NCBI GenBank assembly: GCA_963768305.1
Contig: CAVYHE010000003.1
Span: forward strand, 224,001-288,000
Source of the DNA: an uncultured bacterium
GTDB lineage: Bacteria > Margulisbacteria > WOR-1 > CAVSGV01
DNA length: 64,000 bases
Direction of reading: 5' to 3'
The position numbers and the translations under genes were made by a program. Each line of letters opens with the position of its first letter. The stretch's first letter is position 1. Below the pieces are notes generated by a model that made no database searches, was not told the origin of the DNA, and saw only the letters and a list, made by a program, of their open reading frames with translations. Below are positions 18,642 to 31,852 of the stretch, in pieces.

Positions 18642-19832
18642 TTAAGCATGAATTAGCCGGGTGTATAATTTAATCTGTTTGATATGAGGAAAGTTCATCT
18701 TTAAATATTTAGAAATTTCTTCTTGCGCGTCATATGACGATATCAATACAGGTAAATTCCTGTTCCTCAGGATTTCTGGGCTTTGCACAATATGTCCCTC
18801 AAATAGGACGCCTTCTTTTCTTTTATCAGAGTCAAGGATATTTGATATCTTAAATCCATCAAGAATACCAGCTTGAAAGAGCTGAGTAGCGTGCATCCCC
18901 GCTCCGTATACGATAATATTTTTACATGAGGCCATCTTTTTTTTAACGATTCTTTTTAGTTTGATTAAATATCTTTTCCGCAGCATTGCGTATTTTTTCA
19001 TTGATAGTTTATTTGCCTCATATTCATTTATTAAGGCGGATGACTTGGGCTTTTCTTTTTTAAGGAGTATTCTAATAGAGTGGCCTTGAACGCCCTTTTC
19101 CACAGCTGTTACTTTTAGTTTTAATTTACTCGCAAGATTTATTAAAGAAGTTTCAGTGTAGTTCATTATGTGTTCAAATGAGAAAAAATCAGCAACATTG
19201 CGAATGTTTGGTAAGCTTGTGTTTGGAACATCCACATAAATGAATCCGTTTATATTAGTGATTTGTGCGGCCATTTTAAGAAATTCAACGGGGTTAGAAA
19301 TGTGTTCCAGTGTATTGCTTATTGTAACAATATCAAATCTCCGATCAAAGGATATTACAAAACGTTCATTAAAAAATCCTTGAATAAGCTTTATCTTGTA
19401 GTTTGCCCAAGCTTTTTGAACCTCTTCCTTTGATGGTTCTATGCCGTAGACAGAGTATCCGTATTCATTTCGGGCAATGTTTAAAAATGACCCGTAAAAG
19501 GCACCTATATCAAATAATTTCTTACAAGTATTCGCGGTGTTTTTATGAATAAAGTTCAGCTGAGCTCTTATATTATCCTCTGATACTTCGCCGTATCTGA
19601 GGGCAGAATTATAATAAAATTCTAAAGATCTTTGTGTTGGCTGAGGGTTGGCAAATATCATGCCACATTTTTTACATGCTGCAAGATTCGACGGCCATAC
19701 AGTTAGCTTGTTTTTGATATATACTCTGTGAATACTTTTATAAATTATATTGTTTTCAGTTGAATTGCATATGGGGCAATTTATATTTTTAAAATCAATC
19801 GAATAGGATGTTTTATTTCTTTGCATAAACAA
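18642..19832 (-). CDS. SAM methyltransferase with Zn-binding N-terminus and C-methyltransferase-like C-terminal domain
   Basis: CPIC...CKKCG, FDIGAFYG, NTLEHI, IVYGAG...DSDKRKEG; very AT-rich. Confidence 0.7.
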   Translation of the reverse strand: MFMQRNKTSYSIDFKNINCPICNSTENNIIYKSIHRVYIKNKLTVWPSNLAACKKCGMIFANPQPTQRSLEFYYNSALRYGEVSEDNIRAQLNFIHKNTANTCKKLFDIGAFYGSFLNIARNEYGYSVYGIEPSKEEVQKAWANYKIKLIQGFFNERFVISFDRRFDIVTISNTLEHISNPVEFLKMAAQITNINGFIYVDVPNTSLPNIRNVADFFSFEHIMNYTETSLINLASKLKLKVTAVEKGVQGHSIRILLKKEKPKSSALINEYEANKLSMKKYAMLRKRYLIKLKRIVKKKMASCKNIIVYGAGMHATQLFQAGILDGFKISNILDSDKRKEGVLFEGHIVQSPEILRNRNLPVLISSYDAQEEISKYLKMNFPHIKQIKLYTRLIHA

Positions 19833-20001
19833 TTACTTCTCTTCCGGTACTATTTTTCATAAAAAAGCCTGTAAGTATTAAGTTTGAACCCATTAAGGCC
19901 GTTATTGAAAAACGGTAGCTCAAGGTTCATTCTTTTCTGATGGCATGCCCTTTCAATGATATCATTCTCAATATAATCATACCCTATAAGTACGAAGAAT
20001 T

Positions 20002-20201
20002 CTATAGGGAATGTGCCGGTCGTTCTTTATCGAGGATCTCACTGCTCGCATCATTTGAAGCATCATCAATAACGATCAATTCAATGTTTTTATATGTCTG
20101 GCCGATAACGCTTTCAAGGGTTTCATCCGGGTATTTGGCGCCATAATAAACATAATAAACTGGAATTATTATTGAAACGGAGTTGTTTATTTAATTGCCA
20201 T
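20002..20201 (-). pseudogene. Truncated GT2 glycosyltransferase remnant
   Basis: SVSIIIPVY(YV)YYGAKYPDETLESVIGQTYKNIELIVIDDASND then stop; 9-bp duplication GTTTATTAT. Confidence 0.75.
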
Positions 20202-20255
20202 TGTTCCACATTTATACATCACGATCAAGAAGATGCACAATGACAATCAAAATAT

Positions 20256-20867
20256 TTAACTCTTTTCACCGATACAAAGGACGGATTTAGAGCCTCCTGG
20301 GATCATTGAGCATATCTTCCATTTGATCCTGTCCGGCAGTTTCCAGTAGAGCTTTGGCTTGCATATTAATGCGGGCTCAAGAAAAATGACCTTAAAGCTG
20401 TACATTTCCAAAAAAGATTTAAGACTTTCTGGCGTGTATGGCTTGACATGCGTGGGATCGTTGTAGAAATTCTTGGAATCAAGCTTCCAGTTAGGAGTAT
20501 TTATTATAACGATGCCTCCAGGCATTGTTATCCTTTTTATCTCCTTTATTATATTTGAGGGGTTCGACAGATGTTCCAGGACAGCGTTAAAATGTACAAC
20601 ATTAAAGCTGTTGTCAGCATATGGCAGCCTGTCTTTCTCAAAATCACAGCGTTCAATATCTATCCCCTCTGCCTCATAACCATACTTTTTGCAAGCCTTG
20701 CTGAAAAAATCAGTGCCGCAGCCAAGATCAAGAATTCTGGACTTGAATTTATCCCCAAGAATAGATTTATATGTTTTAATGTATCTTTCGTTCCATTTTA
20801 TCCAGTGTTCAGCAGAGAAGGTATCGATTTCCAGGTTGTCACGTGTTCTTTTATATTCTTTTTTCAT
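20256..20867 (-). CDS. Class I SAM-dependent methyltransferase
   Basis: ILDLGCGT, LPYADNSF, AVLEHL, DPTH. Confidence 0.85.
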   Translation of the reverse strand: MKKEYKRTRDNLEIDTFSAEHWIKWNERYIKTYKSILGDKFKSRILDLGCGTDFFSKACKKYGYEAEGIDIERCDFEKDRLPYADNSFNVVHFNAVLEHLSNPSNIIKEIKRITMPGGIVIINTPNWKLDSKNFYNDPTHVKPYTPESLKSFLEMYSFKVIFLEPALICKPKLYWKLPDRIKWKICSMIPGGSKSVLCIGEKS

Positions 20868-20873
20868 TTTACC

Positions 20874-21849
20874 TCATTTCAATAGAAGCTTTATTATCCT
20901 TCCCGCACCTTTCCCGTCCACGATCCCTTTCCCTTTCTTTGACAAGTTTATCAATATTTTCCTGTTTTGCATAAGCCATTTAATCGCTTCCGCGATGCTT
21001 TTGATGCCCACATGTTTATGATGACCAAGCCAGATAGAAGTTCTTAGCTTCTGAAAAGCAGCTGCATCTTTTGAGTCATGGTTAAAATTGCTTATTATCA
21101 CGGCCGGAACCCCCATATATGCCAACTCATATAATGTAGTCCCGAAAGCGGTGACCGCGATATCCGATCCAGCCATCAATTTTGCAATGCTTTTAGGTTT
21201 TTTAATCGTTAAAAACCTTGGATCTTTTATGATGCTTTTTGTTTTTGAAGCAGCACCCAGAACGATGATAGCTTTGAACTTATCTTTGACCGATCGCAGC
21301 GCTGATGCGACTTTTTCAGTCAAGTGTTTTGGATCGGCTCCGCCCATCGTGACAAGTATCGTGAAGGTATTATGTTTTTTCTTCTTGCTTTTCAGGAATT
21401 CGTCGTTCAAGGGAAAATATTTTGCACCGATGTATTTCTTTCCTTTAAACCCCTTCCAATTCAGCTGGCTGCTGATATGAGAGACCGGATAGATAACGAT
21501 ATCCGAAATAAGCCGAGCTTTGGTGCCATTGTCGACCAGACAGATCTTCAGATCCTTTCCCCCTTAAAAGTTTTATCTGCCTTGAAACATTATCTTTGCG
21601 GTCTATCACCGTCATTTTCGGCGCTATAAGCTTGAAAGCAATTGAAGAGCTTGTAATAGCTTTAAACCCTTTTTTCTTTACCATTCCCAGGATCGAACTG
21701 TCACCGTCAACAAAAAAATAAATGCTTTTATTTTTCCTGCGGATATATGAAGCGATCGCCAGGCAGCGCCTTAAATGGCCCAGTCCGGTCGTTGCTCCCG
21801 CTTTGGTAAAGAATAAATAATCACATTTGATCAAGATGCTTCCCTCCAT
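20874..21849 (-). CDS. pseG: UDP-2,4-diacetamido-2,4,6-trideoxy-altropyranose hydrolase PseG/SpsG; frameshift near 21550
   Basis: GLGHLRRCLAIA, TMGGADP, AFGTTLYELAYMGVP, VDGKGAGRI. Confidence 0.75.
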
Positions 21850-22733
21850 AACCTCGGGTTGATTATTTTTTCGGGGGCGGAACCCAATTGTTCAATTTTT
21901 GAAATAATATCTTTGGATAATGGGACTTTCCTAGCGATCGCGATGTTTTTCTGAAGTTGCGCGGCATTATCAACCCCGATCAGAACACTGCTGATCTCGT
22001 TTATACTTAAGGCATATCTTAACGCGAGTTCTTCAATGGACAGGTCATTTTGCCTGCAAATATCATCTTTCTTCTTTTGATAAGGGGAAAATCCCTGCAG
22101 GTCTTTGGGGAGCTTCTCCATAAAGAACAGTCCCTGGAGGAAAACGCTTCTCGCCAGAACGATCACGCCTTTTTCTTTGGCTTTTTTAAGGGAACCGTTA
22201 TCCATGAGCCGTTTGTCGATAAGGTTGAAAGGTATCTGTATGACCTCGATGCCTCGTATATTCAAGGACTTTTCTGCTTCTTCCGGAGTATATGTCGATA
22301 TTCCAAGTTTCCCAATGACGCCTTTCTTTTGTACTGCAAGCAGCTCCTTCAGAATAATGCCATTGTCTCTCTGCATGTCGCCGAAACGGTGGAAAAGATA
22401 GATCGGGATCTGGCTTATTCCAAGGTTAGACAGGGTTAGGGAGATCGAGCCGTGAAGATCCTCAATAATTTTTTTGGATTTGTCGCTCCATTTGACGGGC
22501 AGGACCTTGGATATAAAGATCAGTTTTGACCTGTCGCAATCTTTTAAGCATTTACCCAGCACCTCTTCGCTGTTGCCATAATCCGGCGATGTATCAAAAG
22601 CATTGATCCCGCCGTCTATCGCAGTCCTTATGATCTTTTCAACCTCCTGAAAGTTCGGTTTGCCGGCGAGGTTGTTGATCCCGTAATCCATCCCCAGCTG
22701 GGCAGTACCTAGGCAGAGTTTTGATAGTTTCAT
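21831..22733 (-). CDS. Aldo/keto reductase
   Basis: LGTAQLGMDYG, FDTSPDYGNSE, GISTY, ARSVFLQGL. Confidence 0.85.
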   Translation of the reverse strand: MKLSKLCLGTAQLGMDYGINNLAGKPNFQEVEKIIRTAIDGGINAFDTSPDYGNSEEVLGKCLKDCDRSKLIFISKVLPVKWSDKSKKIIEDLHGSISLTLSNLGISQIPIYLFHRFGDMQRDNGIILKELLAVQKKGVIGKLGISTYTPEEAEKSLNIRGIEVIQIPFNLIDKRLMDNGSLKKAKEKGVIVLARSVFLQGLFFMEKLPKDLQGFSPYQKKKDDICRQNDLSIEELALRYALSINEISSVLIGVDNAAQLQKNIAIARKVPLSKDIISKIEQLGSAPEKIINPRLWREAS

Positions 22734-22747
22734 AGATATCTGATACC

Positions 22748-24817
22748 TTAATTCAGTCTTTTGAAACCGGTCATGCATACCTGTCCTATGAGCAGCTTAT
22801 CAAGCATATTGTTGTCCATAGCATGCTTGACCTTTTTGAATACATCTTCAAGGTCATCCATGTATTTATCGACTATCTTTTTTGAATGAAGCGTGCACAC
22901 ATAGACCGAATTCCCGGCAAGATATCCTTTCTTCAGCATTTCCTGGGTAATTATTGTCTTGATTTTAAGATGGTCCCGATCAAAATCGAAATGAGTTAAA
23001 GATGGCAGTCCGCCTACATGCAGAGCAAGCCCGTGTTTTTCTGCAAGTTTTTCCCAGCATGAACCGATGTATCCCCCCATCTTATCTATTCCGGCGGGGA
23101 CATTATCGCGTTCCATTATATGAAGGGTCGCGAGCGCTGCGGCCGGTCCTATGCGTTCCGTCCAGAAGGTGCTGCTAATAAATGTGGATTGCGCGGCATC
23201 CATGACACTGCGTTTGCCTATAACGGCTCCGATCGGATAACCGTTCCCGAGAGCTTTGCCCAGGATAGCAATGTCCGGATCTATGCCGTAATGAAGATGT
23301 ATCCCGCCAAGGACCTTCCTGAAACCCGATGTAACCTCATCGAAGATAAGAACAATATTATGTTTTGTCGCAAGGGTCCGGACCTTTTTAAGGAAATCGT
23401 CTTTTGGCCCCTTGTCGCGGACAGGCTCCATTATGATCACGCCTATATCATTTGTTTGGATTATTTTCTCCAACTGGTCAAGCCTGTTATATTCGAACGG
23501 GATCGCTGATCCTTTCAATCCTCTTGGGACGCCTTTGGGTTCCAGACCAGGGAGCAGCTGGCCATCCAGGTTCTTATCATTCGCAAGATTTGCCGCAAGA
23601 TACCAGTCGCTCCAGCCGTGATAACCGCAAAAAGCTACGCCGTCCTTTCCTGATGCCGCGCGGCCTATCCTTACGGCTATAGCGCAGGATTCCCCGCCTG
23701 TCCTTGCAAAGCGGACCATTTCCGCCCATGGATGCAATTCGATGAGCTTTTCAGCCAGCCTGACCTCTTCAGGGCAATTAAGCGTTGAGGCTGATCCATT
23801 TTTGACAGCATTAATAACTGCTTTATTCACTTCTTCATTCGCATACCCCAGTACATTTGTCCCTATGCCCATTATGGTCATGTCCGTATATTTTTTGCCG
23901 TCAAGGTCCCAGACGGTTATGCCTTTTGCTTTCTGGTAATATGCGGGCCAATAATCAGGAAGGAACATTTCGGGCCTTTTGGAAAGCAGCATGGTTCCGC
24001 CGGGTATAATAGTCTTAGCTTTTTTATACAGCAGCTGGGATCTTCCAATGGTGAGGCCTTTTCCAATGGTTGCATCCGCTTTAAGGGATTTTTTATATCC
24101 TTCAAATTTGTCGTGGCCTTTGTTGATCATCACAAGGTCCTTGTTCTTCTTCAGGTAATCTGCAATTTCATCCAGGTGGAAGATCCCATCCTTACGGTAA
24201 AGGGCTTTGTAAATAATGGTGACCAGATCCAAGTCCTCTTTATGGTCCACAGTAAGGCGGATATTCCCATAGCCCTTATTTGTCGATAGCTTGCCGATTT
24301 TAAAGATCTTCGGGTTTTTCCATATATACGGAGTTACATGTTCCCTTTCAGATGCCAATTTAGCTTCAAAAAACGCTTTTTCCAGCGTTTTGAAAGTGAA
24401 TACCTCGGAGTCAAAGCCGTTCGGATAAGTGTTAATATCAACACCAAGGTAATCGTAGCCGCCTTTGCGAAATTTCTCTATGGCTTTATCGGTGATATCG
24501 GGGTCAATGAGCGGGCAATCCGCGGTGATCCTTACCACTACGGTCGCCTTGTATTTTTTCGCCGCGTAATAATACCTCTCCAGTACGTCATTCTCGCTTC
24601 CGGCAAAGAAGTCTATCCCGTTCTTTCTCGCGAATCGTGTAATAACTTTATCTTTTTCGTCGGTCGTAGTGGCAATAACTATCTTGTCTATCTTTTTGCT
24701 GTGCCGGATCCTGTTGATAAGATGCCATAGCATGGGCTTTCCCAAAAGATCCGCCATTGTCTTGTTGGGCAGACGGCTTGAACCCATCCTTGCCTGAATT
24801 ATCGCCACGGTGCTCAT
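22748..24817 (-). CDS. Fusion: SpsF/PseF-type cytidylyltransferase + class III (GSA-aminomutase-like) aminotransferase
   Basis: N-term IIQARMGSSRLPNK, RITADCPLID, EREHVTPY, RLTVD; C-term FARTGGE, GYHGW, FDEVTSGFR, LGKALGNG. Confidence 0.85.
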   Translation of the reverse strand: MSTVAIIQARMGSSRLPNKTMADLLGKPMLWHLINRIRHSKKIDKIVIATTTDEKDKVITRFARKNGIDFFAGSENDVLERYYYAAKKYKATVVVRITADCPLIDPDITDKAIEKFRKGGYDYLGVDINTYPNGFDSEVFTFKTLEKAFFEAKLASEREHVTPYIWKNPKIFKIGKLSTNKGYGNIRLTVDHKEDLDLVTIIYKALYRKDGIFHLDEIADYLKKNKDLVMINKGHDKFEGYKKSLKADATIGKGLTIGRSQLLYKKAKTIIPGGTMLLSKRPEMFLPDYWPAYYQKAKGITVWDLDGKKYTDMTIMGIGTNVLGYANEEVNKAVINAVKNGSASTLNCPEEVRLAEKLIELHPWAEMVRFARTGGESCAIAVRIGRAASGKDGVAFCGYHGWSDWYLAANLANDKNLDGQLLPGLEPKGVPRGLKGSAIPFEYNRLDQLEKIIQTNDIGVIIMEPVRDKGPKDDFLKKVRTLATKHNIVLIFDEVTSGFRKVLGGIHLHYGIDPDIAILGKALGNGYPIGAVIGKRSVMDAAQSTFISSTFWTERIGPAAALATLHIMERDNVPAGIDKMGGYIGSCWEKLAEKHGLALHVGGLPSLTHFDFDRDHLKIKTIITQEMLKKGYLAGNSVYVCTLHSKKIVDKYMDDLEDVFKKVKHAMDNNMLDKLLIGQVCMTGFKRLN

Positions 24818-25836
24818 TATTTGATCGCCTCATTTTCTTTAAAATTATACTTTGACCTTTTGCCGACAATAGAATTTAATTTTCGAGGGGGCAGCCCGTA
24901 AGCGTGCCGGACTATCTTTACCATATTCTCTTTGATAACAGTGCCTTTTTTGATGGGAACAGCGGCGTATAAGCTCCTTCTAGCGCCGATCCTTTCGGGG
25001 ATCTCGTTTTTTGACGGCTCCTTTTTCCCCGAGCCAAGGGCCTGTTCCATGTTCCTTATATCATTGACCATGTTTTTGAATTCATTTATCTCAAGCGCGT
25101 ACGGATGATCGGGCCCTTTAAGCTTCCTGCTGAACGTAATGTGCTTTTCAATGACCTTCGCGCCCAGGGCAACCGCGCCAAGAGGCACAACATCTCCGGG
25201 TGTATGATCTGAATATCCGACAGGAACATTAAAGGTCTTATTAAGGGTCACCATAGCCCTGATATTGGAATCGCTGAATTGAGGCGGATAAAGAGACGCG
25301 CAATGGAGAAGGATGATATTACGGCCGCCGTGTTTTTTAATAAAGTTGACGGCTTCCCTGACTTCATTAAGATAAGCGGCTCCGGTCGATAAAATTATGG
25401 GCTTTTTGAACCCGGCGACCTGTTTTAACAAGGGGAAGTTCGTCAATTCGCCGGAAGCGATCTTAAAAGCAGGCATTCCAAGCTTATTCAGAAGGGTAGC
25501 TTTTTTGCTTTCAAAAGGCGCCGAAAGGAATATCACTCCGCATTTCCTGGCGTGATCCATCAGGGGCTTAAGCCATTTATCCGGAAGTTCAAGCTTTTTT
25601 ATTATCGGATACGCAGGGTGGGGGACCCATTTTTTATTTTCCAGCTTAAAAGGGTTCAAAAGGCCTTCAGCCGAAAAAGATTGGAATTTTACCGCATCAG
25701 CTCCAGCTTCCGCCGCGGCCTTAATGAGCTTTTTCGCCTGCGCCAGTTTACCGTCATGGTTTGACCCGATCTCAGCGATGATAAAGACGGGAGATGTTTC
25801 ATCGATCATTCTATTCCCTATTTTGATCGGCTTCAT
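24817..25836 (-). CDS. pseI: Nonulosonic acid synthase (PseI/NeuB/SpsE family)
   Basis: IIAEIGSNHDG, AVKFQ, FKIASGE, GYSDHT, IEKH, C-terminal SAF domain RRSLYA. Confidence 0.8.
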   Translation of the reverse strand: MKPIKIGNRMIDETSPVFIIAEIGSNHDGKLAQAKKLIKAAAEAGADAVKFQSFSAEGLLNPFKLENKKWVPHPAYPIIKKLELPDKWLKPLMDHARKCGVIFLSAPFESKKATLLNKLGMPAFKIASGELTNFPLLKQVAGFKKPIILSTGAAYLNEVREAVNFIKKHGGRNIILLHCASLYPPQFSDSNIRAMVTLNKTFNVPVGYSDHTPGDVVPLGAVALGAKVIEKHITFSRKLKGPDHPYALEINEFKNMVNDIRNMEQALGSGKKEPSKNEIPERIGARRSLYAAVPIKKGTVIKENMVKIVRHAYGLPPRKLNSIVGKRSKYNFKENEAIK

Positions 25837-26774
25837 GCCTGCTCCTTTAGCCATTCGTATTCCTTTTCAAGGCCGGCCTTGATCTGGACTTTCGGCATAT
25901 AACTCAAAACGGACATCGCCTTTGAAATATCCGCCGCAGTATGGTTCACATCGCCTTTTTGGTTTGCTAGATATTTTACTTTGGCTTTTTTACCCGAAAT
26001 ATTCGCAAGCATCTTTATTGTGTCATTTACCATTATCCTTGAACCTCCGCCTATATTGAATATTTCTCCGGAATGGCAGGTGCAGTTCACGGCTTTAATG
26101 TTGGCATCTACAACATCCGAGATAAATGTAAAATCTCTTGTCTGCTGGCCGTTACCATATATCGTTATATTCTCGCCTTTGATGATGGACCTGATGAACC
26201 TGTTAAATCCCATGTCCGGCCGCTGCCTGGGCCCGTAAACAGAAAAATATCTCAGCGAAATTACCGGAAGGCCGTAATTCTTTGAATATAAGCGGCAAAG
26301 GTTTTCGGCCGCTAGTTTTGTGACGCCGTAGGGCGAAACGGGTTCTGGCGCGTCTGTTTCCGACGTGGGATATTTTTCGGCATCGCCGTAAACAGAGGAA
26401 GAAGACGCAAAAACCATTTTCTTTATGTCCGAGTTTTTTATGGCTTCAAGCAGTTTCTGGGTGGCCAATATATTATCCTCTACATAAACGGAGAAGCTCT
26501 TTCCCCAGCTGGCTCTTACGCCCGGCTGAGCCGCTTCATGAAAAACAAGATCAATGCCTTTAAGCGCCAGATCAATATCCATTTTGATCAGGTTCTCTTT
26601 GATAAGCCTGAAATTCTTATTTTTCAGGCATAATGAAAGATTCGATTCTTTTATCTTTTTGTCATAATAATCGGTGAAACAGTCTACTCCGGCAACTTCA
26701 AAGCCTTCTGAAAGCAGCCGCTCGCATAAATGCGACCCGATAAACCCAGCGGCACCGGTGACCAGGGCCTTCAT
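25833..26774 (-). CDS. NAD-dependent epimerase (UDP-glucuronate/UDP-glucose 4-epimerase-like)
   Basis: TGAAGFIGS, AAQPGVR, YGVTK, YGPRQRPDM. Confidence 0.85.
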   Translation of the reverse strand: MKALVTGAAGFIGSHLCERLLSEGFEVAGVDCFTDYYDKKIKESNLSLCLKNKNFRLIKENLIKMDIDLALKGIDLVFHEAAQPGVRASWGKSFSVYVEDNILATQKLLEAIKNSDIKKMVFASSSSVYGDAEKYPTSETDAPEPVSPYGVTKLAAENLCRLYSKNYGLPVISLRYFSVYGPRQRPDMGFNRFIRSIIKGENITIYGNGQQTRDFTFISDVVDANIKAVNCTCHSGEIFNIGGGSRIMVNDTIKMLANISGKKAKVKYLANQKGDVNHTAADISKAMSVLSYMPKVQIKAGLEKEYEWLKEQA

Positions 26775-27921
26775 TTGTTCCTCCAATTATTGATGGTATC
26801 TTTGACAGCCTTTACCACGAAATTAACATCGCTATCGGTCATTTTTTGATGCAGAGGGAGCGATATCTCGCTCTCATAATATGAAACGGCGGCCGGGAAG
26901 TCGCTCCTTTTATACCCATATTTTTTCGCATAATACGGCTGCAGCGGAAGGGGTATATAATGAACATTCACGCCCAAGCCAAGCCTCCTGAGGTTAGTAA
27001 AGATCGATAGCTTTTTCGATATCAATTTTGAGCTTAGCTTTATTGGATAAAGATGGTACGAGGACTTTGCAAATCCTTTTTCAACAGGGATTCCGATCTC
27101 ATCTATATTGGCGAAAGCCTTGTTGTATTTAGCTGCGATCTGTCTTCTTGCCTTGATGAACTTATCAAGCTTTGAAAGCTGCGAAATGCCGAGCGCGCAC
27201 TGGATATCCGTCAATCTGTAATTATAACCAAGTTCCCGCATTTCATAATACCACGGCCCATCGCCTTTAACATCGCGCGTGATCCCGTGCGTCCTGAATT
27301 GAACAAGCTTGTCACGGAATTCGCGGCTGTTCGTCAAGACCATCCCGCCTTCTCCTGTAGTTATGTTCTTTACGGCATGAAATGACAGGACTGTCATATC
27401 GGCCAATGTGCCGACCTTTTTCCCTTTATAGCGCGCCCCCAAAGAATGAGCGGCATCTTCAATAACTATCAGACCATTGTCTTTCGCTATGCGGTTTATC
27501 GCGTCCATATCGCAGGGGTGGCCGGCATAATCCACCGGAATTATGGCCCTGGTTTTTGAGGAAACTTTCTTTTTTATCTCTTTGATTGATATCGAGCCGG
27601 AACCGTCATTTTCGATATCCGCAAAAACGGGCGTTCCTCCGCAAAAAGCGACGCAATTAGCCGAAGCGACAAAAGTGATAGGCGAGGTGATAACTTCATC
27701 GCCGGGACCGATACCAGCGGCAAAACAGGCGCCATGAAGTGCCGATGTTCCGGAATTGAAGGAAATGGCAAATTTTGCCCCGCAGTATTTGGCGACTTTT
27801 TTTTCGAATTCTTCTACTTTCGGTCCTTGAGTAAGAAAATCAGATCTTAAAACAGATGCAACGGCTTTTATATCGCCAGCATCGATCGATTGTGTTGAAT
27901 AAGGGATAAACTTTCTTTTCA

Positions 27922-27922
<1 letters not shown>
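26771..27922 (-). CDS. pseC: UDP-4-amino-4,6-dideoxy-N-acetyl-beta-L-altrosamine transaminase
   Basis: IPYSTQSID, LTQGP, SFHAVKNITTGEGG, LGYNYRLTDIQCALG. Confidence 0.85.
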
Positions 27923-30597
<2,675 letters not shown>

Positions 30598-30623
<26 letters not shown>

Positions 30624-31822
30624 TCAATATCTCCTTAGCGATCTTTTGCGCGGCGCCGGGCCCGCCGAGAGCTCTTCTTAACTGTTCGCTCATTTGCTGA
30701 AGTTCATCGGGGTTATTCAGAAGCTTGTCGATCAAGTCAGCGACATCAATAGCTTGAATGTTACCCACCATTTCCGGAACAATGGCCCTGCCTGTTTTAA
30801 TGTTCGGGATAGCGAAAAACCTTGTCTTTTTGAGAATCATTTTAACATATTTCTTCTTGAAATAATATCCCAGGACAGGGATCCTCCCTATCAGGTCCCA
30901 GACCCCTTCAAGCGGGATCATATTGAAGCTGTTAAAGGGGAAAATGGATATCATAGGCGTGCCGATCACTGCGACCTCCGCGGTGTTCGTTCCGGGTATG
31001 GTCACAATAAGGTCGGAGGCCGCCATGCCGTCAAATTGATCGTTATTGATCAACTTTACGGGGATATCATTGACCATGATATGATCATTTACGGTTATTG
31101 ATCCTGAATTTTTAAGCTGGCGGCGGAACTTATCCGCGGCCAAAAAGGGAGAAATAATATACGCGAATTGAAGATCATTTCTCTTTTTTGATATCAACTT
31201 TATTATCTCAGGATAAAAAGACAGGGTGTATTTGATCTGGAATTCCCGGCTTCCGGGAAGGAAGGCGATCAGCTTCTTTCCGGCATCCATTCTGTTTAAC
31301 TCAAAGAAATCTTTTTTTGATCTTTTTACCTTTATGCTGTCCACCATCAGGTTGCCGACGATCTTTAATTTATCTTCCGGAAAACCCTGACCTTTGAATT
31401 TTTCATAAATGATCGAGTCGGGCATCAGGAATTTACCGTATATTTCCGGCCATTTCGCATAAGCTTCCGAGTAGGCTATTGCAGGATAACTCAGCCTTTT
31501 CGCGATGATCTTCCCGTACAGAAGGTCCCCGCCCATGAACACCACTATGCCTTTTTTGCCGAGATTGGTCCCTTTTGGACGCATCCTTAATAATGCCCAT
31601 TTGATGAAATCGCCCGCGGTAACAACGTTCTTTACTCCGGGTAAACTGCGCGCGATCCCGATTTCTTTCCCGGTAGAGTAGGGGCATGGGGTAAAAACAA
31701 TGGTGATATCAAGGACTCTCGATAATTTGACGAGTTCATTCAATGGTCGGACGAACGTAAGAAGAAAGTTCGCCGGGGCCGTTCACAAGGATCACAACGT
31801 CGATATTTTCTTGAGATGACAT
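30598..31822 (-). CDS. Lipid-A-disaccharide synthase (LpxB-like, cyanobacterial type); frameshift near 31742
   Basis: MSSQENIDVVILVNGPGELSSYVRP; GNLMVD, LPGSR, TIPGTNTAE, FAIPNI..IVPE. Confidence 0.7.
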
Positions 31823-31852
31823 AGAGGGATATTATACCAGTTAGAGGGGGAA

